Shown here one piece after another: positions 58,053 through 64,000 of a DNA stretch of 64,000 bases. Where the stretch lies: the sequence record PZ445427.1; one strand, 5' to 3'. The stretch is from a phage. The position numbers were made by a program, and so were the translations under genes. The stretch's first letter is position 1; each line of letters opens with the position of its first letter. Under the pieces are notes generated by a model. It saw only the letters and a program-made list of their open reading frames with translations. It was not told the origin of the DNA and searched no databases.

Positions 58053-58582
58053 TGATAGCAGCAATCTATGCAACTGGGCCGAATGGGGAGTTCGGCCTCA
58101 ACGGTAAACTCCCTTGGGGTTCTTTCAAAGAAGAACTAGATATCTTCTACGCTACTTTGGATTCTCTAGCACCTGATAATATTATTGTAGGAGCAGGAAC
58201 TTGGTTAGCCTTCCCTGAGACTCTGCAAAAAAGAATACTAGGAGATTCTGACCTATTTATTTATGCAAATAGACCACTACCTAACTCTGTAGGATCAGCC
58301 ACACGCATAAGTAACATTGGATACAGTCTACCTGATTTCCTCAAGGAAGAAGTAACTGTAGTATTAGGGGGAGCAACTCTGCTTCTTGAAATGTATGTCA
58401 AAAATCATCTAGATATGGCGTATATCTCTACTATTACTTCAGCTACACCATTATCTGCTGATGTACATCTGCATCATCACATTACTTTAACTAATTCAAT
58501 GGCAACTAGAATGGACTATGTAGCAGGACAGAATGCAGATAAAACACTTTCTTTCTTACAAGAATTGGTGATATTTAAATGA
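58052..58582 (+). CDS. frd: Dihydrofolate reductase
   Basis: 176 aa; N-terminus [20 protein letters not shown] resembles the T4 Frd motif [20 protein letters not shown]; located between nrdB and thymidylate synthase. Confidence 0.7.
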   Translation: MIAAIYATGPNGEFGLNGKLPWGSFKEELDIFYATLDSLAPDNIIVGAGTWLAFPETLQKRILGDSDLFIYANRPLPNSVGSATRISNIGYSLPDFLKEEVTVVLGGATLLLEMYVKNHLDMAYISTITSATPLSADVHLHHHITLTNSMATRMDYVAGQNADKTLSFLQELVIFK

Positions 58583-59433
58583 GGCAATATATTGAAACTG
58601 GAAAACGTATTCTAGAAGAGGGTGTATGGGTAACGAATCCTAGAACAGGGGTTCGTTGCCTAACTATTATTGATGCAGACTTTACCTTTAACGTAGGAGC
58701 AGGAGAACTGCCGCTAGTAACTACTCGTAAAGCATTTGCTAAACAAGCAATAATGGAAATGATCGGATATCTCCGTGGGTACGACTCAGCAGCACAATTC
58801 CGCGCTATTGGTGTTAATACATGGAATGCTAATGCAAATGAAAATATTGCCTGGCTAGGTAATCCATTCCGTAAAGGCGAGGATGATATGGGACGAGTCT
58901 ATGGTGTTCAAGGACGTCATTGGACTAATTCTGATGGTATGGTATTTGATCAGTTAGCCAAAGTCTATCATAATTTGAAAAGAGGGATTGACGATCGTGG
59001 AGAAATTTTAACTTTTTGGAACCCTGGGGAATTTCGTAAAGGATGCCTACGTCCGTGTATGCATACCCATCAATTCTCTATTTTAGGTGATACACTATAC
59101 CTAAACTCTTTCCAGAGGTCTAATGATTTCTTGCTGGGCCAAGTATTTAATATGGTGCAATGTTATGCACTTCTAGCTATTATGGCACAGATTACAGGTC
59201 TTAAGCCAGGTATTGCTCGTCAAAAGATTATCAATCTTCATATCTATGAAGATCAGTATAATGTTCTGATGGAGCACAAGCAATTCGATCGTAAACCTTT
59301 TGCATCTCCTACTTTAGAAATCAATCCAAATATCCAAACTTTGGATGATGTATTAACGTGGGTAAATAAGGATGATTTTACTGTTCGTGGCTATGAACAC
59401 CATCCTGCTATTGCATACCCATTCACAGTCTAA
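58579..59433 (+). CDS. thyA: Thymidylate synthase
   Basis: 284 aa; ThyA-like N-terminus and active-site region ([10 protein letters not shown]); ATGA overlap with the DHFR gene. Confidence 0.85.
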   Translation: MRQYIETGKRILEEGVWVTNPRTGVRCLTIIDADFTFNVGAGELPLVTTRKAFAKQAIMEMIGYLRGYDSAAQFRAIGVNTWNANANENIAWLGNPFRKGEDDMGRVYGVQGRHWTNSDGMVFDQLAKVYHNLKRGIDDRGEILTFWNPGEFRKGCLRPCMHTHQFSILGDTLYLNSFQRSNDFLLGQVFNMVQCYALLAIMAQITGLKPGIARQKIINLHIYEDQYNVLMEHKQFDRKPFASPTLEINPNIQTLDDVLTWVNKDDFTVRGYEHHPAIAYPFTV

Positions 59434-59437
59434 TTCA

Positions 59438-59466
59438 AATAGCCCTTCGGGGCTATTATATTTAAA
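59438..59466 (+). terminator. Intrinsic terminator after thyA
   Basis: Hairpin aatagccc-ttcg-gggctatt followed by a T/A-rich run. Confidence 0.6.
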
Positions 59467-59472
59467 TTTCAT

Positions 59473-59502
59473 TTGCTTACTGAGTGAAATTCAAATATAA
59501 TA
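59473..59502 (+). promoter_or_regulatory. Sigma70 early promoter
   Basis: TTGCTT, 18-nt spacer, TATAAT. Confidence 0.6.
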
Positions 59503-59525
59503 TATTTTATAAATTGGAGACACTT

Positions 59526-59780
59526 ATGGGACTCTTTAAAAAGAAAGTTTATTTAACACAAAGTCAAGAACGCAGGTTCTTAGCTCTGTCTCAGTATTAC
59601 CATTTACCTTTCGATCATTTCATAGAACGGGCGTTAGAACAATTCCTAGAAAAGGAATTAAGGGCAATTAGACCTGAACCGCCAAGAGCACCAAATGATG
59701 CACAGAGAGGTCATCCACGTATCCCACCTATGCCGCCAGTTCCACCAGCGACTAGGGTCATTATAGAAGGTGAAAAATAA
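59526..59780 (+). CDS. Hypothetical protein with Pro-rich C-terminus
   Basis: ATG at 59526 after GGAGA RBS (track start 59484 lies upstream of the promoter -10); C-terminus PPRAPNDAQRGHPRIPPMPPVPP. Confidence 0.4.
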   Translation: MGLFKKKVYLTQSQERRFLALSQYYHLPFDHFIERALEQFLEKELRAIRPEPPRAPNDAQRGHPRIPPMPPVPPATRVIIEGEK

Positions 59781-60049
59781 TGTCTATTCTTTTATCTGCT
59801 TTAGAAGCAAAACAAAATACTATTGCTAGTATTAAAAAGGAAGTAATTGACTTAGAGTCACTTATTGCCGTAGAGATTGACAAAGCCATCAAAGATAAAG
59901 AATTTAACTGTCACATCCAGGGATTGACTGAATATTCAGAAAATGCTAGAAATAGCGTCATGCAAAAACTTAGCAAACTAGGTTATGTTGTGGAAGCTAA
60001 GTATGAGCAACGTGAAGGTTTTTGGCTTGAAATTGATTGGAGCAAATAA
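59780..60049 (+). CDS. Hypothetical protein
   Basis: 89 aa ORF, ATGA-coupled to neighbours. Confidence 0.4.
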   Translation: MSILLSALEAKQNTIASIKKEVIDLESLIAVEIDKAIKDKEFNCHIQGLTEYSENARNSVMQKLSKLGYVVEAKYEQREGFWLEIDWSK

Positions 60050-60525
60050 TGTCGGTTTTCCACATATATACAGATGGTGCATGTAAGGGCAATCCTGGTT
60101 TAGGTGCGTGGGGATTCGTTGTCTATAATGATAATGATGATCGTATTGGCTCTAAATCTGGCTTCAGCCATAAAACTACTAATAACGAAATGGAACTTAC
60201 TGCAATTGTTGAAGTTCTTCGTTGGTCTACTAAGAAAGATAATCGTCCAGTAATTATCTACACTGATTCTGCTTACTGCAAAAATGGTATGGAAAGCTGG
60301 ATGTGGTCTTGGCAGAAGAAAGGATGGAAGAAAGGAGATGGTGAAACTCCTCTTAATCTAGAACTCTGGCAAGAAGCGTTTAAACTAACTCAACAGTATA
60401 TTAATTTCCATGATACTAACCCAACCTTTGTTAAGGTTAAAGGTCACTCAGGTATTCGTGGTAATGAAGAAGTTGATGCTCTATGCAATACTGTAATTAC
60501 TGAGCAAGAACTTGCTGAGATGTAA
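60037..60525 (+). CDS. rnhA: Ribonuclease H
   Basis: 162 aa; RNase H1 motifs IYTDGACKGNPG...GWG (Asp), NNEMEL (Glu), IYTDSAY (Asp), HSGIRGNEEVDAL (His/Asp). Confidence 0.8.
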   Translation: MEQIMSVFHIYTDGACKGNPGLGAWGFVVYNDNDDRIGSKSGFSHKTTNNEMELTAIVEVLRWSTKKDNRPVIIYTDSAYCKNGMESWMWSWQKKGWKKGDGETPLNLELWQEAFKLTQQYINFHDTNPTFVKVKGHSGIRGNEEVDALCNTVITEQELAEM

Positions 60526-60545
60526 TAAATAATTTAAAAATTCAC

Positions 60546-60574
60546 TTGCTTAAAGCCCTCGAATTTAGTATAAT
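60546..60574 (+). promoter_or_regulatory. Sigma70 early promoter
   Basis: TTGCTT, 17-nt spacer, TATAAT, GAGGAGGG RBS. Confidence 0.65.
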
Positions 60575-60601
60575 ATTCGTATTGAAAGTGAGGAGGGCTT
60601 T

Positions 60602-60880
60602 ATGCGAATTTACAACTCAAATTCATTAGGATTTAAACCTTTGAGAAAACGCGCACAATCTCCGCGTCAGATCAGAAAGGCAAATATTGGTGAGCCAGAA
60701 ACTAGGCTTCCACCACCTCCGGAGCAGCGTCTAGTTTATCTAGATGAAGAATTAGCCGAAAGGGAACGCAAAGCTCAAGAAGAAATTGAGCGCAAGAAAC
60801 TGTGTACTGCTCCTGCATATAACAAGGGTGGTTATCAGTACGTTTCCAGTGAGGAACAAGCTAAGATGATCGGCAGATAA
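60602..60880 (+). CDS. Hypothetical protein
   Basis: 92 aa ORF with strong RBS and its own promoter. Confidence 0.45.
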   Translation: MRIYNSNSLGFKPLRKRAQSPRQIRKANIGEPETRLPPPPEQRLVYLDEELAERERKAQEEIERKKLCTAPAYNKGGYQYVSSEEQAKMIGR

Positions 60881-60895
60881 TTTTTAAAAAATTCA

Positions 60896-60926
60896 TTTGC
60901 TAAACGCTTCAAAATTTCGTATAATA
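60896..60926 (+). promoter_or_regulatory. Sigma70 early promoter
   Basis: TTGCTA, 19-nt spacer, TATAAT. Confidence 0.55.
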
Positions 60927-60963
60927 TATCTCATAAATTGATCAACAAAAAGGAAAACAAATA

Positions 60964-61479
60964 ATGGCTAAGCAGAAAAACGCAAAAACTCAGGCAGCTC
61001 CGGCAGTTAAAACTTTCGCTCAGACCGAAGCCAATCGTAAGGCTCGTCTGGAACGTCATCTGCGTAAGCATCCTACTGATGCTCAGGCTCAGACTGCCCT
61101 GAAGTCTGCGGCTCCGGTTCGCCAGAAGCCGAAGGCCAAGAACTCTACTCGCGCAACTGCTAAGCAGATTGTGTTCATCAAGGATGAAGGTCATAAGTCT
61201 GTACCGGTAACTCTGAGCTTTAACGGCGGTGCTGAGATGTTCGCCCGCAACGGTATGGCTCTGAAAGACTACGAAAAAGCAGTCAATCAGAAGCGTAAGC
61301 CAATGGCTGACGTAATGCGTGAATCCCGTGGACAGTTTGGCTCCGTTAAACCGAATATTTTCGGTGTAGAGTATAGCCGTGACAACGTTCGCGCTCTGTG
61401 CTACGGTATCGGTATTAAGTTTACTGGTGCTTCTGATCGTAAATCCGCTAAACCTACTCGTAAGCGTAAAGCGAAGTAA
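60964..61479 (+). CDS. Highly basic Lys/Ala-rich protein (putative DNA-binding, histone-like)
   Basis: 171 aa, basic N- and C-termini (AKQKNAKTQAAPAVK..., ...SAKPTRKRKAK); host-optimal codon usage. Confidence 0.5.
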   Translation: MAKQKNAKTQAAPAVKTFAQTEANRKARLERHLRKHPTDAQAQTALKSAAPVRQKPKAKNSTRATAKQIVFIKDEGHKSVPVTLSFNGGAEMFARNGMALKDYEKAVNQKRKPMADVMRESRGQFGSVKPNIFGVEYSRDNVRALCYGIGIKFTGASDRKSAKPTRKRKAK

Positions 61480-61487
61480 TGATTGAT

Positions 61488-61501
61488 GGGGCGAAAGCCC
61501 C
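61488..61501 (+). ncRNA. Intercistronic GNRA-tetraloop stem-loop GGGGCGAAAGCCCC (RNA structural element)
   Basis: Perfect 5-bp GC stem with GAAA loop directly after the stop codon; no U-tract. Confidence 0.4.
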
Positions 61502-61540
61502 ATATACTAACTCTTTCTCTGACTAATTAAGGATATTTTT

Positions 61541-61756
61541 ATGTTCTCTAAGAAACCACGTTCCGTTACTGAAATCGTTGCTTCCTTTACCACTATTACT
61601 GATGAACTTCAAGCTCGTATTGAAGCTGACCAGAAAACTGCTGCTGATATTCAGAAACAGCAGGAAGAACTCGCTCTGAAACTGGCTGAAACCAATAAGA
61701 GTGAAAAATCTGCTCAAACTATTAAGGAAAATATCCTTAAACTGCTGGGCAAGTAA
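61541..61756 (+). CDS. Hypothetical small coiled-coil protein
   Basis: 71 aa, AAGGA RBS. Confidence 0.4.
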   Translation: MFSKKPRSVTEIVASFTTITDELQARIEADQKTAADIQKQQEELALKLAETNKSEKSAQTIKENILKLLGK

Positions 61757-61765
61757 TTTAAATCA

Positions 61766-61780
61766 GGGGGCGAAAGCCCC
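61766..61780 (+). ncRNA. Intercistronic GNRA-tetraloop stem-loop GGGGGCGAAAGCCCC (second copy)
   Basis: Same stem-loop sequence as 61488-61501, followed by a short T-rich run and the next RBS. Confidence 0.4.
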
Positions 61781-61797
61781 TCTTATTTGGAGAAACT

Positions 61798-62010
61798 ATG
61801 CGTAACTTCGTTGCAAAGAATGATTTTAACCGTGCTAGCACTCACAAGTCTGCTAGAGACTACACTCGTCTTTCTAAACATGAGCTTCTAGAAGAAATCA
61901 TGGAAGAAAACTGGGATGTTAGTGAAAATGGAACAGACCTGTTTGAAGAAGAGGAACTTCCTCTGAAAGACCCCAAACAGTGGGAGTCTATTAAAGAGAC
62001 AGCTCTTTAA
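61798..62010 (+). CDS. Hypothetical small acidic protein
   Basis: 70 aa, GGAG RBS. Confidence 0.4.
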   Translation: MRNFVAKNDFNRASTHKSARDYTRLSKHELLEEIMEENWDVSENGTDLFEEEELPLKDPKQWESIKETAL

Positions 62011-62040
62011 TAGTTTTCTACAACAATAAAGGACATAATT

Positions 62041-62742
62041 ATGAAATTCAAGCCCTTTGGTATGCTGGACATTGAATCTCTAGGTACTCCAGGAAATTGC
62101 GGTACTACTCATATTGCAATGCCTTCTTTCGCTTTTGTAGCGATGCACGGAATTGATAAAGATCCTGATCTGGTATTCGTTACTCTAGACGTTCAAGATC
62201 AGCTTAATGCGGGTGCTAAGGTAACTGCCTCTACTATTGCATTCTGGATGGATCAAGCTAAAAACAGTCCATCTGCGCTCCATATTATGGAGGCTCTAAA
62301 TGGTCGTAATCCTAAACTGATTGCCTTCCGTGATGGTAAGCATCACTGCACTAATGACGTAGGCTCTAATTATGCTGCCTTCTCTATGGCTCAGAACATT
62401 ATGGAATTGTCTCTAGGAGATAATGCTCTGTATTACGGCAATGGCCCAGAGTTTGATATGACAATCTACTCTGCAAATACGTTCCATGCCGGAACCCATG
62501 AAGAAATAGTTCCGTGGAAATTCTGGAACTTAGGTAACGTTCGATCTTTCCGTAATCAGTGGATGCAAGCTGGTTATAGCTATAAAGATCTAGAAGCCGA
62601 AGGTGCTAGCTGGGCAAAAGCTAAAATGGAAAAGATGGACACCATTCGTTATGGAATCTATCCTGTGAAGCATGATCCAGCATTCGATGCTTTAGTTGAA
62701 AGTTATTGTGTAGCCGTCATGATCGAAAAAATCAAAATTTGA
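62041..62742 (+). CDS. DnaQ-like (DEDDh) 3'-5' exonuclease (putative)
   Basis: 233 aa; Exo I-like MLDIESLG (D-x-E) near the N-terminus and Exo III-like HDPAFDAL (H-x4-D) near the C-terminus. Confidence 0.5.
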   Translation: MKFKPFGMLDIESLGTPGNCGTTHIAMPSFAFVAMHGIDKDPDLVFVTLDVQDQLNAGAKVTASTIAFWMDQAKNSPSALHIMEALNGRNPKLIAFRDGKHHCTNDVGSNYAAFSMAQNIMELSLGDNALYYGNGPEFDMTIYSANTFHAGTHEEIVPWKFWNLGNVRSFRNQWMQAGYSYKDLEAEGASWAKAKMEKMDTIRYGIYPVKHDPAFDALVESYCVAVMIEKIKI

Positions 62743-62743
62743 T

Positions 62744-62772
62744 TTGCTTTCAGCTCCAAAATTCTGTATAAT
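62744..62772 (+). promoter_or_regulatory. PN25-type strong early promoter
   Basis: TTGCTTTCAGCTCCAAAATTCTGTATAATATATTCATAAATTTGAGAGA; -35 TTGCTT, 17-nt spacer, -10 TATAAT. Confidence 0.7.
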
Positions 62773-62812
62773 ATATTCATAAATTTGAGAGAACAACAAA
62801 AGGAAAACAATT

Positions 62813-62995
62813 ATGCCAGTATCTAAAAACGTCCGTAAAAATGGTAAAGTAGCAAAACGTAACCTGGGTCTGCGTCGTATGGCTGAACGTCAGTCCGGCA
62901 TCCAGAAAATCTTTAACGTACTGAATCGCGCCAATCCGAATATTGATAACAGTTCTGATACTGTTCTGCGCACTCTGCTCGCAATCGGTCTGTAA
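62813..62995 (+). CDS. Hypothetical small basic protein
   Basis: 60 aa, AAGGAAAA RBS, host-like codon usage. Confidence 0.4.
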   Translation: MPVSKNVRKNGKVAKRNLGLRRMAERQSGIQKIFNVLNRANPNIDNSSDTVLRTLLAIGL

Positions 62996-63049
62996 TAGAC
63001 CGTTTTTAAAACAAATTCAAATCTCAAACTTCATATAAGGAAGCAAATA

Positions 63050-63688
63050 ATGACTACTCGTATCTCTAAAACTCGTGCTCTGGCAACTATCAAGTCTCTG
63101 GAAGCTAAAATCCGTAAAGCTACTGAACAACAGCTTTTGATTGCTGTTGGTGAAGGTAAAGACAAGAATCAAGTTGTCGTTGGTGCTGCAATCGAAGTAG
63201 ATGCTCTGTCTACTCGTATTAAAACTGATTTCCAGTCTCTGCTGGATATGATGACCCAGCGTGATCATCTGAAAGCAGCGCTGATCAAGAGCAATGCTGA
63301 AACTGTTGTAGAGATCGGTTCCCGCTCTATGACTGTTGCGGAAGCAATCGAAGCTAAGCGTTCTATGGAACTCAAAGCTCAGTTGCTGGCTAACATGCGT
63401 AAGCAGTTCCATGCTGCTACTGTTAAGTTTAACACTCAAAAGGCTCAGTTTGATGCCAAGTATGAGCGTTTGCAGGATACCATGGCTACCCGTGACAAGA
63501 AGACTTCCGAGGATGAAGTTAAGATGCAGCTTAACCTGCTGGAACTCAAGAACACTCCGTTCCTGATCGATCCGCTGGAGCTGGAAAAGCTGATCAAGCA
63601 ACACGACGAAGAGTACCAGGACTTTGCAACCAACGTTGACTTTGTTCTGTCTGAGTCCAACGCCTCTACTTTTATCGAAGTAGAGTAA
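63050..63688 (+). CDS. Hypothetical coiled-coil protein
   Basis: 212 aa, AAGGAAG RBS, host-optimal codon usage suggesting high expression. Confidence 0.5.
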   Translation: MTTRISKTRALATIKSLEAKIRKATEQQLLIAVGEGKDKNQVVVGAAIEVDALSTRIKTDFQSLLDMMTQRDHLKAALIKSNAETVVEIGSRSMTVAEAIEAKRSMELKAQLLANMRKQFHAATVKFNTQKAQFDAKYERLQDTMATRDKKTSEDEVKMQLNLLELKNTPFLIDPLELEKLIKQHDEEYQDFATNVDFVLSESNASTFIEVE

Positions 63689-64000
63689 TAATTTAAAAGA
63701 CTAGTAAATCGGTAGACGAAAGCCCAAGCATCTTACCTCGCAGCAGCGGTTGAAATACGAGGTTAAATAAGACCGCTGACCATACTATAAAGTATAATCT
63801 ATTGGAGATTATGTTTATTACATCAGACATTTAATCTGACACGTAAAAACAAAAGGTCGTTGGTAGTACCAACACAACTTCAAAGATCAACGCTCAAGTA
63901 TGAAAGCTGAAAAGTTAAAAGCACTCAAACTTCTAACCTTCTAAAGCTAAAAGATGCAAAGTATTCGTTGATGATTCAAACCCTAGATCAAAGGTACATG

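Noticed and set aside
60552-60600. Hairpin AAAGCCCTC...GAGGAGGGCTT spanning the promoter and RBS of gene 60602-60880 as a regulatory riboswitch-like element
   Set aside because: The 5' arm lies upstream of the likely transcription start of the gene's own promoter, so it would only form in read-through transcripts; with a 31-nt loop it is too weak to call as a feature.
1-64000. Prophage, integrative element or CRISPR array
   Set aside because: No integrase, recombinase, direct-repeat/spacer array or host-like flanking genes are present; the gene content and promoter types are those of a lytic T5-like phage genome.

Overview
This window is a contiguous stretch of a T5-like lytic siphophage genome (Tequintavirus-type, most similar in layout to the DT57C group with two lateral tail-fibre genes). 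Positions 1-25331 (+ strand) carry the late structural module: large terminase, HNH endonuclease, portal, decoration protein, prohead protease, major capsid protein, neck and tail-completion proteins, tail tube, tail assembly chaperones, tape measure, distal tail protein, baseplate hub, central fibre protein, collar protein and two L-shaped tail-fibre proteins (LtfA/LtfB-like). Positions 25369-52999 (- strand) carry early replication and recombination genes: dUTPase, flap endonuclease, Hjc-like resolvase, SbcCD, SF2 helicase, DNA polymerase, primase, DnaB-like helicase, a split NAD-dependent ligase, a T5 PN25-type promoter region, a tightly coupled Sir2-like/HAD phosphatase operon and anaerobic ribonucleotide reductase NrdD. 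Positions 53352-63688 (+ strand) carry nucleotide-metabolism and early genes: PhoH, NrdA, NrdB, DHFR, thymidylate synthase, RNase H, a DnaQ-like exonuclease and several small proteins, each behind textbook TTGCTT-17-TATAAT promoters. No rRNA, convincing tRNA, CRISPR array or integrase was found. All assignments rest on motifs read by eye from the ORF translations and on the DNA itself; no database search was run, and regulatory coordinates are approximate to a few nt. The ORF track uses alternative start codons, so several starts were re-placed on the basis of RBS context. The most unusual loci are the seven-gene Sir2-like operon (47814-50563), a long GC-enriched untranslated segment between a promoter and the next gene (47321-47693), the split ligase, a repeated 23-nt element after late terminators, and a protein of four tandem HTH-like repeats.
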